DNA from: Glaucostegus cemiculus
Taxonomy: Eukaryota
Length of the DNA stretch: 64,000 nucleotides
NCBI GenBank assembly: GCA_976551045.1
Contig: CDPCPM010000020.1
Span: 248,001 to 312,000, forward strand
Direction: 5' to 3'
The position numbers and the translations under genes are program-made. Of this stretch, positions 1 through 13,985 are shown piece after piece; position 1 is the stretch's first letter, and every line of letters starts with the position of its first letter. The notes beneath the pieces are model-generated. The model had not been told where the DNA came from. It made no database searches and was given only the letters and a program-made list of their open reading frames with translations.

Positions 1-1639
1 ACCAACTATCTTCATCCCACTTGCTCTCTTTTTTTTCTCACTTCTGCAGAAGAAAAATTCGAAGTACTGCATCCAAATAGATTTACAAATTCCTCTTTTA
101 TCTTGACAATCTTTTTAATGGAACTTTATTTTAATTTCTACGTAATCCCTCATTTTAGTCTGTTTTTTGCAATCTCAATGACACATAATGCATTTAATGA
201 GGTTTACTTAAGGAAAAAATAAACACAGGTGTTGAAAGTGTGGTTAATAATATTCCACAGTGAAAACATGGAAACGTGATTTATTCAGACAATGCCCATC
301 ATTGCCGCCACCACTCGTAGCATGCATCAAGTCTCACTGTGAAACCCATATGGTGTGTTCATAGCTCTCTTGAGTTATGATGAGGGTGACTTTTTTATAG
401 CATGTAACACCTGTGAATGGTTGAAATAAAAACAAAATGTTGGAAAAAGTTAACAAGTGAGATTGCATTCTGTGGGGAGAGAAGTAGTTAATGTTTCAGG
501 TTAATAACCCTGTTTGCTTGAAAGGTGGGGGTAGAGGGATACATACTGGAGACTTTTTTTTAAAAAGAACTATTTATAAACTGGAATTGGTTACCTGAAG
601 GGGTAGTAGAAGCAGATTCACCAACAATTTTCCAAAGGAAATCAGATGTATATCTTAAAAGGCTGTTGGGAAAGGAAGTGAGACTAACTGAATATCTCTT
701 TTGAAAAGTCAACACAGGCTCAGTAGCCCTTCTGTGTTGCATCATCGGAGTCCTCAGAACTGAAAATGTACTATTCTGCATATTGTAAGTGGGACTGTAA
801 AATCAGCTGTCTTATTTTTAAAGGGGTCAGTTAAGTTGCTGAAAATTATAAATTCTTTAGGCTGGCATGTTTTTCACTCAGCCATTTGACATTTTATAAA
901 TTATGACATGTTTTTGTATAAATTATAAAAACAATTTGAAATAATGTATATACTTGAATAATTTGTAAAAAATTTGTATTAGAAAATTGGTCACTGTGTT
1001 TGGGGGAGGGGGGGTGGAATGCACTTTCCTGAGGCCTAAAGTCCATTTTGTGGTCTGGGATTTGGATTTGTTTTTGAAGCTTATCTTGTGCCCTGGAAAT
1101 TTGACTCCTGGGACATCGCTCTCCTTTCCACATTGACAGTGATGACACACCACCTTGTGTCTATTTGCTGATCTCCTGTTTTTCGTGCATTTGCTCTGAC
1201 CTGTCTGCCCTTAATATCAAATTATTTCTTCCCATCCCATAAAATGAACCTATAACAATGATAAACTTTCATTCTGCAAAATTTGTAAAATGCATCAAAA
1301 TCACGACTGTGGCCTTGCACAAATCCCAAAGATGTTTTGTCTTTTGCATATTTGATATTGATGTCAATGAAGGAATTAACGATTGATCAGATCAGCAACA
1401 AAACACAAAAGGAATATTAAGGACATTTATTTTGTGCTCGGCAGAGATTTTGTGAATGTGAGACAAAAGGCTCATGAGTTTAATTCTGTTGCTCAACACA
1501 GAAAAAATAAAAACCTGCAATGTTTTGTGCTAGTCTAGAGAGTTGAGTTTTCTAAGAGTTTTTGGTGTTTCTTTGAAGATGTATCTTGTAACATTTTGTT
1601 AATTGCCTTTCACCAGTCTTGTTTCTAGTATATTGAATG

Positions 1640-1945
1640 AGGAAATGGAAACGGTGCTTCCTCTTGTGGGAGGAAAACCTAGAACTTGTCGCTGTTTAAA
1701 AATGAGGGATTAAAAATTATATGAAGTATAAAATAATACAGAGATGGGGTGACAGTTTTCTCTCTGAAGATCGTGAACCCTTGAAACACACTTCCTCAAG
1801 GGGCGTTTTTTAAACATTATGAAGGCAGAGATAGATTCTTGACAAGCAAGGGGTTGAGAGGTTACTGAGGTGAGGTGGGAAGGTGAAGGTTACAATCAGT
1901 TCAGCTGCGATCTTATTAAATGGCATAGCAGGTTCAAGGGTTTTT
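1640..1945 (+). mobile_element. Decayed CR1-like LINE 3' end
   Basis: GGCAGAGATAGATTCTTG...GATCTTATTAAATGGCATAGCAGGTTCAAGGG resembles the 3' ends of the other CR1 copies in the window. Confidence 0.5.
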
Positions 1946-2379
1946 ATTTCTTGAAATAAGAGTCAGTCATTTCATCTTCTGATTTTCTGGCCAAGGTGCA
2001 GTAACTTTGAAGCAGCCATAACTGCCCCATGACTAACTGGTGGAGTCTACAAGCCACAAACTGAATGTTTTGCTGGCTTGAACCCTTTTTTTGAAAGGAG
2101 TATATAAGGGAATTGGCTTTGAAAGAACAAGCCACTTTAAAATTGTTCCATCCGAGTAGCCAGCCATCAGAAATATCTTTGAGTGTTTGAAGCTGACCAT
2201 AGGAGACCATCAAATATATATTTTAAGTGATCGAAATTCTGTAACTATTATGGACTCCTACATATAATGTACTTTCTGAAGCATATCCAATTCATATATA
2301 TTTTGAGAATATAGAAATTGGGTTCTAATCTTATGTTATGCAATTCTCTATTTTTTCCAAAACAACGTAAAAATTACAA

Positions 2380-2965
2380 TAAAAACAGAATACTGGAAAC
2401 ACTTAGCACATCAGGCAGCTTCTTGGAATGAGAAATACTTAATGTTTTGGGTCAAAGACAATTTGTCAGAACTGGGGGTAAAAGATGAAATTGCAGAGAG
2501 GATTAGTGGTGCGGGGGGGGTGGGGAAGGTTGCAAATGGATAAGACAAAGGGGATCATCTCTGATATGGTGAGGCCTGGATTCTGGTGGTGATAAACTGA
2601 AGATGAACTCATCCAGTTGACAGAGAGAGAGAGAGTGCACGTGAACAAAGGAACATAAAAGCTGTGAAATGAGGGTAGTTAGGGAGAGCACAATAAAGGA
2701 ATGTAAAAGCTGCAAAATGCAAAGTTTTATGAAATGCCTGGCAGGTTAACTGGTGCTAATGGACAGAGGAAAAACTGAGCCAATGTTACAGATGGATTTG
2801 CAGTAGAACTGAGCAGTTCTGATGCAGAGTAAGTGAGTTATCTGAAGTTCTAGAGTCTAGAAGGCTGCAATATGCCTAGATGGAAGATGAGGTGCAGTTC
2901 CTCAAGTTTATGTTGTGCCTTATTATAACAGCGTAGGGGGTCAGAGTGAGAGTGGAAAATTGGCA
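2380..2965 (-). mobile_element. Penelope-like element 3' relic
   Basis: The reverse strand reads KLEELHLIFHLGILQPS, similar to the C-terminus of the copy near 34200. It is followed by the recurring CTGGAAACACTTAGCA..CAGGCAGC terminal repeat. Confidence 0.6.
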
Positions 2966-3964
2966 CGAGCTTGAAAAAAACTTACTGCAATGACTGACTC
3001 TTGGTGAGCAGTTACTTCATTTTAAATAGAATCGTTTTGAGCAATTTTGAATTTATCAAGCTTCTGATTTTCCTTCCTGGCTTTTTGTAGTACACAATCA
3101 TTTGTGGCTCACAGAAACAGAGTTAATGGACCATGTCTTCTCACACACACTCCAGTGTTTTTGCATTGTTGAAATGGTACATGTGCCTATGGAAAGACAG
3201 GACATAATGAAACATTCGACTGTCTTTGGGAAAAAAAATTAACAATACATTGCATGTTACTCCTGGGGAATAATTCGAAGGCATTGAAGCAGTAAAGTTA
3301 TGCTGCTTTTTAATATTATGTATCAATATTTACCTTCTGCAGTCTTTACTTCTTGCTTTAAAGTCACGTTGTCTCAAAACAATAAGCAGTTTATTTCAGT
3401 TAGCTATTTTTCTATTTCCTTAAAACATAAGGTTGATTACAAATGACCCCTTTTTCCAGGATGAATGTTCCCTGAAATGGGCTATGGCCACGGTTATTAT
3501 CATCCACCTTTCTATCAATTTGATTATAGAGATTGGATTACCTTCAATTTGCACTAGTATTGCAGCAGCTTAGATATCCATTATGGGCTTTGTAAATGTA
3601 CACTTAGCCAATGACTTAACCGTAAATGTCAGACTAGGACCCACTTGCACACATCCATTTATTGTTTCATTTATGAGCATATTAGTCTGTTTGCAATTTG
3701 ATTGGTTTACTACACTGACCATAGAGTTATTCCTAGAATGCAAGCTTTCTGGCTAACATGCGATATCGGGAGAGATTCTGGAATACTCCATGGCACTTTG
3801 ATGTTTGTCATGAAACTTGTTTGGTTTAGGCCATACACAGTGATTGGGCTGTGTCATCATACAGGGATGGTTGTGGACTCTTGTGGTTGGAAAGAGTAAA
3901 TGGCTTTTTCTTGCTACTGTTCATTTTTACCTTTTTTGTTTTTATTGTACTTTTGGGTTTTTAG

Positions 3965-4012
3965 GTTTCGATCTCAGTCCTTTCCACGCAGACAGCTCCC
4001 TCTCTCCCTTTG
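3965..4012 (+). CDS. KMT2D: Candidate 48-nt KMT2D micro-exon (FDLSPFHADSSLSPF), phase 1-1
   Basis: Long T-rich tract ending TTTTTAG, donor TTG|GTAAGC, open frame, phase compatible with the exon at 7899. Peptide homology not recognised. Confidence 0.6.
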
Positions 4013-6399
4013 GTAAGCAGTCAGACCCTCTCGCCACTATTTGCGTGTTCACGTGTTAACATCAGTAGTTTGTACCTGGGTGCTTGTATGTCTGCTTGCA
4101 TTTTCATAGAGGATATTCACGTGACATCACCAGTCTATTCAGCAAGTTACTGGTCAAGTGCTAAAAAAATTTTTTTTTAGCAATTGTGAACATAATTTTT
4201 TTTGTTTGCTTTCTTGCCTTTAAATCTTCTGAAATTTTGTCTGTAAAATGCATGTCACAATCAGTTTGCATTCACAAAATATCTCAGAAGTAACAATTGT
4301 GATTGTAGATTGTCCTGCGTCATAGTTTATACTTAATCAAATATTTGCATTGTTGTAAAGGTGTAGTGAGTTGAATATAAAAACTGTTTTGAGGCATGGG
4401 AGTCTTTTTGGCATTTATTGGTAGATTGAGCATGCACACGTCTTGTCACTGATTATTGGTGCAAATTCCATTCATTGTATTAAAAGTCCAAGTTTACAAA
4501 AAATGAATTTTTTTTGCACCATTGTATTAATTTTATAAGCTGATTTTTGCCAGTTTGTTCAAAGCTTTCCCAGTCTCCTGTATAAAATTATTATGATGGT
4601 TTTTGGGCAAGTTGATGATCATACCAAGTGGAGTAACCCTTAGTATTATAGACCAGAGGATCCCAGATTTAAAGCCTGGCCTGTGCTGGCTTAGCTGATT
4701 TTCAAATGGGTTACAGTTGTGTCCCATTCTTTTCTCAGCTGATCACCACCAATAAACCTTACCACTGGTGGGAAGTTTTACATTTGTGAATTTTGGCTGA
4801 TTTCAGCATCTGACTTGGTTGTGTTATGCTCTAATATTATTGGCCTGCAGAACTTGATTGGGTAATGACCAGTGAGAATAAATGAATGTAAAGTTGTCAG
4901 CACCCTTATGACGGTTTCCCTGGAAGCGCCAAGTACATTTAACAGATGAGAGTCGGGAGATTTGTTTTATATATTGGGAGATGTAATTGTGATCAGTGTT
5001 ATTTGCACAGAATGAAGTATGTTACTAGATTTGGGAAGTTGATACTATTGTATTCAAACTAATCCATGCACAAGCAGTTGAGTTGACTGCTGTTAATTGA
5101 GATTGTTGGTAAATCCCATTTTTATTTTGCTAATTGTCCTGCAGAGTTGAATAATATGTTGACAATATTGTAGGCGTAAATCTGAAACTCTGCTAATTGT
5201 GATTATTGATGCCTTCGATAGAATGAGTTGACTGTTGTCCTGTGCATGGCTTCTAAAGACACAGTGAGTGATGCAATGCACATCTTCTATTCAGTTCCTT
5301 ACAATGTATTCAGTGGAAGTTCACTTTTTGCTGGAATTCTTTTATGCATTATTATCCATCAGAATAGCCTGCAAAGCCTTTTGCAATTCATGTGAAGACA
5401 AGAAGACTCTGCCTGTACAAAGATGTATGCTTACCTGGGGTACCAGTATAGAATTGGGGTAAATTTTTGGGAAATTAGAATTTGTCAGTAACCAAACTGA
5501 AGGTAGTACTGGCACAAGGAACTGGGCTTATTGATCCGTCATTAATTTTAATGCCAAGCTTTTTTCCGAAGGCAAATTTTTAACGAGTAATAGTTTGAAA
5601 GTATAGTGGGGTGTTTGTTTGATTATCAAGCAGGCTTGGATTTATCAGGGCAACCCCATGTCTTGGGTCTGATCAATTCAAATGGAAATAGCTCATGAAC
5701 AAACTGATTTGGTTTGGTGTATTCTGTGAAACAATGTGAAAACCGCTAGCTCCAATCAAGAGACTGGCCTGAGATTTGAGCCGAAGGGTGTGTAAAAAAT
5801 CAAAAGGTTTAAGTAGGGGAAAAAATTTGGGAGCTATTCCAAAGTTTTATGGTGGTTATTTGTTTTACTTGTTTTTGTTGCCTGGCTTCTTAACATACTA
5901 CTTTAATTTATACACTTTTCCTTTGTGTGGCAGTTTGTTTACAGTTTCAAATTCAGGTTCATGTGTAGCTTTTTCCACTGCAATTAATTAAATTTAATCC
6001 TCTGATGAGAGTAATAATGTCTGACTTGGATCTGCTTTTTTTTTTACTTTGTAACCAAGGATAGTTCATTCACAAAATTGACCTGACTTATTACCATCCC
6101 GGGAAGTTGCTGAGCAGCGATGGTGATATTTCAGTTTTGTTCCTCTTTCAGAAATTGATCACTAATCCGGTATTTAAATTGAGCATAAAATAACCTGGGA
6201 CTGAGTTTCATATGCAAATGACAATGTACGTGTCTGTAGATGTTTGAATTTAATTCAGAATATTGGTATAATTCAACATGTTGAGATGCACCTATGGTGG
6301 TGCTCGTCTTCCTGGCAAATACCACTCATAGCCTCTGTAAAAATGCATTCTTCTTTATCTGTATACATCTCTTGTTCTACTCTAGAAGAACTATAGAAA

Positions 6400-6900
6400 T
6401 TCCAAGGTATCCATGTTGGCCAAAAAAAGCTATGCAGTTCAATTCCTCTTTCACCTCTTGTGCTGTAACCATTATAGGCTATAACAAAAGTACTTTTTTA
6501 AATGCAATTGAATATTTCTGCTGACATCACGTTTTCAGGGATTGTGTGTTCAGACTTCCACTGTCTACTGCAATTTTTTCACCAACTATCTAAAATCTGT
6601 ATCCCCAAGTTATTGAATTTTGTACTGAGGGATTTGGGTCCATCTTATCAAGTCTGTCTAGGTCCATCATAATTTCATACACCTCAAATCTCTCCTCAAC
6701 CTCATTTGTTCCAAGAAAAGCAACCCCAGCCTAACCAATCTCTCCTCACACCTGAACTTGTACAGCCCTAGCATGCTCTTCAAGGTCTTTTTTGTCTTCC
6801 ACACTCCATTAATTTACCAGTTATTATGTACTTGATTTGTTTGCCCTCGCCAAATGTGTTGCACTTCTCTGGATTGAGCTTCACTTGGCGCTTTGCTCAT
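6400..6900 (-). mobile_element. Highly decayed CR1-like LINE fragment
   Basis: TTCCAAGAAAAGCAACCCCAGCCTAACCAATCTCTCCTCA resembles the reverse-strand CR1 segments near 23850 and 25220. Confidence 0.5.
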
Positions 6901-7898
6901 GTTTGTTGCAGTCACCAGGCCAAATACTAGTCCCTTCTGATTACTTGCAGTTGAGCTGTCTGGACAGGTAATCATCGACAAGTTGAATATGGTATCAATA
7001 TTAGCTATCAGTTTGAGTATTTCATAAATTTAACTCATTTTTTGGGAGCCTGATAGCCTGTAGTTTTATAACCATTTAGGAAATGTAGATTTCTCTTTGA
7101 AATCTAAATTGTGCATCCTTTAATTACTGATATTGAAATCTCACTAAAAATAGGAAAGTTACCTCAAAGCAAATCCTTGGCTTTTTTTTGGAGACTTTTT
7201 AGGGTTTTTTTTATTGCTTTTTGACAACGGTCACAGAAGTCAATTATTACACATCAGCTATTAAGCCAGCAATAATGCATGAGATCACTGGTTTGTATAG
7301 CTGTTAGGTAATGACTTTACCAACTGAAGGAGCTTTAGTTCACTTCTTAGAATGACCTAAATCACAAATTCTGATCATTTTTGAGTTTTGTGATCTTCAT
7401 TTATGGGTTGAAGATGACATTCCATAAGTAACAAAGCCAAAAAATTTCAGTGGTGTACCCAACAAGAAGCAATGTTTGTTGTAATATGTCGTGAGCATAG
7501 TCTGTTTCCACAACCATAAATAAAGAGTGTCTTGCTGTGTTATGCTCCACCTTGTATTTTGAGTGGAAATAGGACTGTTAATGAATTTGATTGATCAGCA
7601 GGCCCAAGAATGAAACCTGCCATTACTTTGTTGTGAATTTTAACGATATCAGTCATGTCATATTTTGGGTTTGTATTTGTTATTTGACTAATTTCCCACA
7701 AATCAGTAGATTTTTATCATAATGTTTAAAACTTTCTTTGTCATTTCCTTTGGAAGGAAACATTCATCTCAAACTTAATACTTGAGGAGGCAACCTACAC
7801 TTTTTCCCTTTTAAATGATATTGAAATTTGCTCCATTTTGTCTACATATCTGCCAAAAATTCTGTTCAGTAACTTACCATGGTGCTCCTTTCTTTAAG

Positions 7899-8036
7899 CT
7901 GGGATTGACGTCTCATCCATTACGGATGAACTTTCATCCAGTCACGCTGATGAAAGCTCAAAGCGAAACCAAGCTTTTAATGATGTTCCAGTGGAGGGTG
8001 CCCTCAGCTCAGATCTTGACAAGATTGTAACAGAGG
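7899..8036 (+). CDS. KMT2D: KMT2D coding exon (GIDVSSITDE...EGALSSDLDKIVTE), 138 nt, phase 1-1
   Basis: CCTTTCTTTAAG acceptor and GAGG|GTAGGT donor. Resembles KMT2D EGMLSSDLDRISTE. Not in the ORF track in this frame. Confidence 0.85.
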
Positions 8037-8299
8037 GTAGGTATTAGAGTGTTTTTGTTTTAAGAAAACAGATCCTGGGGGTGGGGGGATGGAATTGATT
8101 TTGGGTTTTATTGAAGCTTCAGTTTACAAATTAAGAATGTGTAGAGCTACAGTTCAATGTTTTATCTAAGTTTTTATCTCTGTCTATATAAGATTTAGAA
8201 TACTGGTATGTGGGATAAAGGATTAAAAGTGACAACAAGTCACCTGGAGTTGGACTTTCAAACTTACTGATGTGCTTGGTAATTTTCTGAACTCTCATC

Positions 8300-9700
8300 T
8301 CTCCCTTTCTCCCCAGTAAAACTTTCACTTCACCCATCTTGTTTTCTCTAGTATGGGCCCAATCTTGTTCCCAATATCCAAGACATACCTGAACATTTCT
8401 AGCACAGAACTGATTTATTCATTCATCAGCAAACCTGTTTGGACAACATCAGATGAAACTAAGCTTCGCACATCTCAACCAAAACCACTCATTGTTTTAA
8501 GGTGAAGAGCAAGTTATAACCCTTGGCTTATTTTTTCCACCATAAAAGATCTCCTGAAACCGCCATTTCTCTTTATCCTCAGCTTCTATAAGTGTCAGGA
8601 GCAGAATAGATAGACTATTGTCTTCATTAAGGCTTCATCCTTCCCCTTTCCCACACATCCCTAAACCTGTGTCTTTCTCCATGTTCTATTATGCCTCCCC
8701 CTTTTGCCCTCTCCAGACCATTGTCCATGAAGTCCACATCCTGCTCCTTGAACTGCATTTTCACTAAATTGCTCATTATTCAACTCTGTTCCAGACTTGT
8801 ATGATAACCAATGTAAATGGTTTGGTTTCCTCAGTTGGTCTTGCTTCCCTTCAAAAAGACCAATGTCTCTTTTTTTAAATCCTGCTCTTGATATCTCTAT
8901 CCTTGCAAACTACTGTTCCATATCCAATCTCTATCTCCCTAAGTCATTAAATGTGGTGTTACTTCCCAAATCTGTTTCTTTCCCACATTTTTACATTTGA
9001 ATCTCTCCAATCAACATTCTTGCCCTGGAATAGTGTAAAAATGGCCCTAACTAAGTAAAAATGGTCCTAACTAAAGTCGCTAATGGCTCTAATGCATTAT
9101 CATTTCACTTTCTCGTGTCTTATTAAATGTCCGACATTTTAGATGAGCTCTTCTTTCTTCTAGTTAAGTGTAGGGAGAACTAAGTTGATGCCTTTGGCTC
9201 CAGGCACAGGCTAACATACCTTTCTGCTCCTCTCTCCAACCTTGGTTGCTGTCTCGACCAGACTGCATTTAGCTTCACCACACATTTTGGTCCTAAGCCA
9301 AACAACTTTCCTGTGTTCTCCACAAAGGTGGTTTACTTCCATCTCCATCACCTCACTTGACTACATCTTTGCTTCAACCCATCTGCTGTTGGATTTCTCA
9401 TTCATATCTTTCAAACATTGATAAGTTGTTCAGTTTTACACATCCCTTTGCCACCCTCGCCTCCCAAAATTAACATTTCCTTTTGACTTTGCCTTTCGTT
9501 ATTCTGAAATTCAGTCTCACCGCCCCCCCCCCCCCCCCCAACCAAAAAGCACTTGTGTCTATACTTTTTTTTAAGGCCTTGCTTTAAAACCACATCTTTT
9601 TTTTAGCAACCATCTTAATTTTTGTGGTATTTGATATCCATGTGATAATTACGTGAAGTGCCTTGGAATGTTTTTCTTTGATATAAACCACTATTGTTCT
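8300..9700 (+). mobile_element. Highly decayed L2-like LINE
   Basis: Pyrimidine-rich stretch with RT-like remnants (CTTGCAAACTACTGTTCCATATCCAATCTC) and an L2-type tail (GTGAAGTGCCTTGGAATGTTTT..ATATAAA). Confidence 0.45.
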
Positions 9701-10065
9701 TGGCAATGGAATTCTTGAGCATTTTTGGTCAGTTTCCCTCACATTCCCCTGCACTTCCCCTCCCCCCATGTCTTCTTTCATGAAGGTACTGAGTCTTGGT
9801 GCCATATTCTTAAGATATTTCCAAGCATTTGAGAGGGTTTTGCCTTTGCTAATCACCCAAAGGCAGATTGTGAATGCCCATTTGAAAACTAGCTGATTCA
9901 TAAAGGAGGCATTGGACCCACAAGGAGTTGATGATAAAGGAATGCATTCATTTTTTAAATTTGATTTAAGCTTCTAGCGTGTTGATGTGTAGAATTTGTT
10001 TAATAATTTAATTGATACAATAGCTTCACTGTTACATCTCCAGAATAAATTCTTTCTTCATTCAG

Positions 10066-10254
10066 AACTGGCACAAATGGAGAGTAAAGACGTACAGCAG
10101 CTCTTCACTGATGTTCTGGGATCACAGGGAAATCATCCACTTCCAGAATCAACACTGAGTAGTGTCAAAACAGTATCTGAAAGCCATCTTCTCACTTCCC
10201 ATGGGTTAGGAGAACTCATCAGACCTTCATTAAGCCAGCAATCTCTACTTCCTG
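10066..10254 (+). CDS. KMT2D: KMT2D coding exon (ELAQMESKDVQQLFTDVLGS...SLLP), 189 nt
   Basis: TTCATTCAG acceptor and CTG|GTAAAG donor. Matches KMT2D ELPKMESKDLQQLFKDVLGS. Confidence 0.92.
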
Positions 10255-12436
10255 GTAAAGGGAATACATATTTTTCATATAGTTAAGTTTTAGCTAGCAC
10301 ATGTCAGCTGTATTAGACCATTCAATAGATTACTTGGTTGGGGCTTGAACCTATCAGTTTGAGCTTCACTGTCTCTCTTTTTTTATTCTTGTGCATATTA
10401 CTTGTTTCATTCCAGCTCATCTACAATTCATTTCAGCCATGGAAGGCCCACACACTCTTTGTTATCTCATCCTTTCCCTTGTGATGTTCTGCAAGCACGA
10501 GTTTAACTGTCCTGCCCAGGGTTCTTGTAGTCTGTCTCACATCAGATTGTATTCACAATTAAAGATCTAGCTGATGTGTGAACGCTAAGTGTGGCTATAT
10601 TTGGGTAGAATATTCTAGCTTTGGAAGAACTTGGGTTGGTTAACGCAGAGAGAGACTTGGGAAAGCTTGATCAGGTTGCCAAGTTTTCCTGTTGTGTTCA
10701 TTTAACTGTCTGTTCATTGCCCTGCTCTGTACCCGATGGTTGTTCTGTTTCCCCAAGCACTTGCTGTTCGCTCTGTTTGCATGTTTCCTAATCTGCTAAG
10801 ATGTGAAAGAGGAGAGCAAGAGAACTGTTGGAGATGGTGAAAGAGATCCTCAACAGTTATGGGGTTCTGTGTAGCAAAGAGCTTGTGTTTGGCCTTAAGA
10901 ATATAGATTGCTTGAGCTAGGATAGTTCAGGAGGTTTTTATTTAATGTTAGATATTTTGTCAAAAATACATTATTTGTATGAGATGGGAGCACCATTAAA
11001 AGTGTTCCTTTGTATCCAGGACCTTTGCTAGCACCCTTTGAAAATGTTTTCTGCAGCAAGTGAGGAGCAATGCCATTGGGTTACACAGCCCTTTCTGCCC
11101 CTGATTATTCAATATTCTGGGACTGGGTTGTACTCTTGAGGCATGACGAATTCCAGGCATCTTAAGTATTCTTGCCGTTTGAATTTTTACACCCAGCTGC
11201 CCCTGTTGGAGCTACCAACACCTTTCTCATTGCCCATGTTCCAGTTTTCTTTAGATTCTCTCTTGTGGCTGCTTGCGACCTAAATATTTAAAAGCACCAC
11301 CTCCATCCTTTTTGCTCACTTGTTACCCAGCAAGAACTGAAATAAGTATTTCCCTAACAAGTATTTCTGAAAGTTAAGCATATCCTAAATGTTTCTTTAT
11401 TACACAGTGTTATCTTTCCCCGGTGTTCCATGTGCCACACACTCACTGGATTTTGCCCTTCCTGATGGTTATACATGAAAATTGAGGTATCTGATAATCT
11501 AAATGGAGGAAAAGAAATGCAGATAAATTAGCATTAAATATTTAGGGATTAATTTACATCAAGTATGTGGAGATATCAAAGGGACTTTGGGCACTGGGTT
11601 TAATCATAAAATATTAGTGCAGTTGCTAATGGGAATACAAGTAGCATAGAGGTTAAGATTGGTGGATTCTGGATTGATGATCCAGAAATGAGTTCAAACC
11701 CCACAATGTTTGGGGAGGCTTTTAAATATGTTCTGGAATTGAAAGCGAATAATATTAATGATCCTGAAATTACTGCATTGGGGAAGGAGATGTGACATAA
11801 TTAGCTGCTGTGGCCTGTGTGTGCCTCCAAGCCCAAAGTAAGGGTTTGACTCTTAACTGCCCTTTGAAGCAACCACTTAAGCAGACCTCTCAGTTGTAGG
11901 GTTGGATATTAAACACTGAGTTTGCCAGAGGAATTAACCCCATACCCCTTTCTGAAGATAAAATTGCAAAATAAAGTTTAAAGCATTGAAGGTGCAATCT
12001 TAAGGATATGCTGACCTTCGAGAAAACCGAGTGACAGGTCATTATGATACTGAGTCATTAAGAGCCCAGGGAAGCATGAACAACATGTTGTGGAGATGAA
12101 GAGTTGATGGGATGATTTGATTGAACTGTTTAAAATAACTGAGTATAAATAGGGAAAAATTCCTGATAGTACAGAAATCTGGAGCAAGCTGACAGAATTC
12201 AGACACAGACTGTGTAAATGTGAAATGTTCATTGAAGGAGATGATCATGGGCAGTCATGCCAAACAAAAGTTATTACTATGTTTGAGTTCACATTTGTTT
12301 TTATTAACTGAAGGAGGGGGTAATGCAAACTGCATTCTAATCAAGACGTTTGGTCAACTTCTGCCTCTTATTTTCTGTGTGTACCTTGTGCCTCTTGGAA
12401 CTGAGTAGGGATCTTATTTTCCTTTATGTTCCATAG

Positions 12437-12548
12437 GAGGGGCAGTGGCCGTTGGGCAACTTGCTCTTGGTGGTTCTCTGGCACAGACTTCATGTGCAGC
12501 AGGAGAGTCTTTTCCCAATGTCTGTCAGTCACCATTTCTTGAAAGCAG
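12437..12548 (+). CDS. KMT2D: KMT2D coding exon (GAVAVGQL...FPNVCQSPFLESR), 112 nt
   Basis: TTCCATAG acceptor and CAG|GTAATC donor. Matches KMT2D YPGLCQSPFLDSR. Phase 1-2. Confidence 0.9.
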
Positions 12549-13307
12549 GTAATCTTTTTATTTTTTTGGTCTAATTAAAAATAATACTGACTATTATTTA
12601 CAGATTTGAAGCTGTTATGAAATCTCAGTTTTGCTTCTCCAGTCTTGGTCCCAACGTGCTGCAAGAAAGAGCTTCAGTAAAAGCAAAAAAACCCTTGCAA
12701 TTTAAATATTGTGTTATAAGATATGTCAAATGTGCAACACAGCTTCTTAGTGATGGTATCAAAGTTTTTTTTTCCAGAGTGACGGATCTGTCATCTAAAT
12801 GGAAAAGTTGAGTTTCTGTTGCCCAGTTGTAGAGTGTCCACTCCCAATGAAGACACTTTGTGTGAATTTATATAATAGTTGTCATCAAGAATGTGCAGGA
12901 GTACTGCTAGAAATTAACCACTAAAAGGTTGGCCTGTTAACCCAGCATGGTGATCATTTGTCAGTAGCTGACAAAACCCTACTTGCCGTATTGGCTTGAA
13001 AAGTTGATTGAAGTTAAGTGGGGAAAATACCAACAATCAGATTTCAAAAATGATGCAAACTCTCTGGCTTAGAATCCATCATTAGAGCATTAGCTTGACT
13101 TGCAGGTACAGAGCTACAGCCATGACTGTTTGCACATCATTGGCAGCTACTGAATCCAGGAAACAAAATGTGTTCTTCAGTCTTCTAACATCTATCATTC
13201 CCAGGCCTATGTTCCTTTCAGAGAATAGGTTTATTCTGGGCAGATTGTAAAGTACAAGACACATTGAGGATGTGTTGCATATAATAACATTTTTGATTGA
13301 TGTACAG

Positions 13308-13558
13308 GGAAAGAAGTATCCCTTTCAGCCCAGATAGTGGAGAGCAACAGAGCCCGTGGACAACGCCAGCTACGCCAGCTACCCCAACCACTCCAACTAC
13401 CCCCACCACTCCTACAGAGGGAGAAGGGGATGGACTTTCCTATAACCAGCGAAGTATATTGAGATGGGAAAAAGATGAGGCCTTGGGAGAATTGTCAACC
13501 ATATCACCTGTTCTCTACGCAAATATCAACTTCCCTAACTTGAGACAGGACTACCCAG
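13308..13558 (+). CDS. KMT2D: KMT2D coding exon, TP-rich stretch and start of the HMG-box region, 251 nt
   Basis: ERSIPFSPDSGE...GDGLSYNQRSILRWEKDEALGELSTISPVLYANINFPNLRQDYP. TGTACAG acceptor and CAG|GTATGC donor. Confidence 0.96.
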
Positions 13559-13911
13559 GTATGCTCCTGTTACCAGTTTGTAAGATTAGTTGAAAGAAAA
13601 ACTGTTAACATAGGTAAAAACCCTGCATCATATGTTCTGACCATGGGTCAACAACTGCAAAATTTATACCCGTTTCTCTTTCCATGGATGCTGCCTGACC
13701 CGTGCATTTTCAACATATTGTTTTTTCCCAATTTCAGATTTCCAGCATTTGCAGTTTTTAAAATTTTCATTGTTAAATTAGTTAATTAACAAGATTATCA
13801 CTGTAGTTTTACTTGTAAAATACATGATGAAAATAATTAAATTCTTATTTTAATTGCTGGTAATCTTCAGCAAGTAGAAGTTCCTTAATTTTTTTGAAAT
13901 AATTTCTTCAG

Positions 13912-13985
13912 ATTGGGCAAGTCGTTGTAAACAGATCACTAAGATTTGGAGGAAGGTCCCAGCAGTTGATAAAGCACCATTTCTG
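13912..13985 (+). CDS. KMT2D: KMT2D coding exon, HMG box (DWASRCKQITKIWRKVPAVDKAPFL), 74 nt
   Basis: TTTCTTCAG acceptor and CTG|GTAAGT donor. HMG-box helix pattern. Confidence 0.95.

Noticed and set aside
20-140. Pyrimidine tract plus CAG near 49 as a possible exon
   Set aside because: No convincing donor, early stops and no recognisable KMT2D peptide.
9035-9074. 20-bp tandem duplication GTAAAAATGGCCCTAACTAA
   Set aside because: Ordinary slippage duplication inside a decayed LINE.
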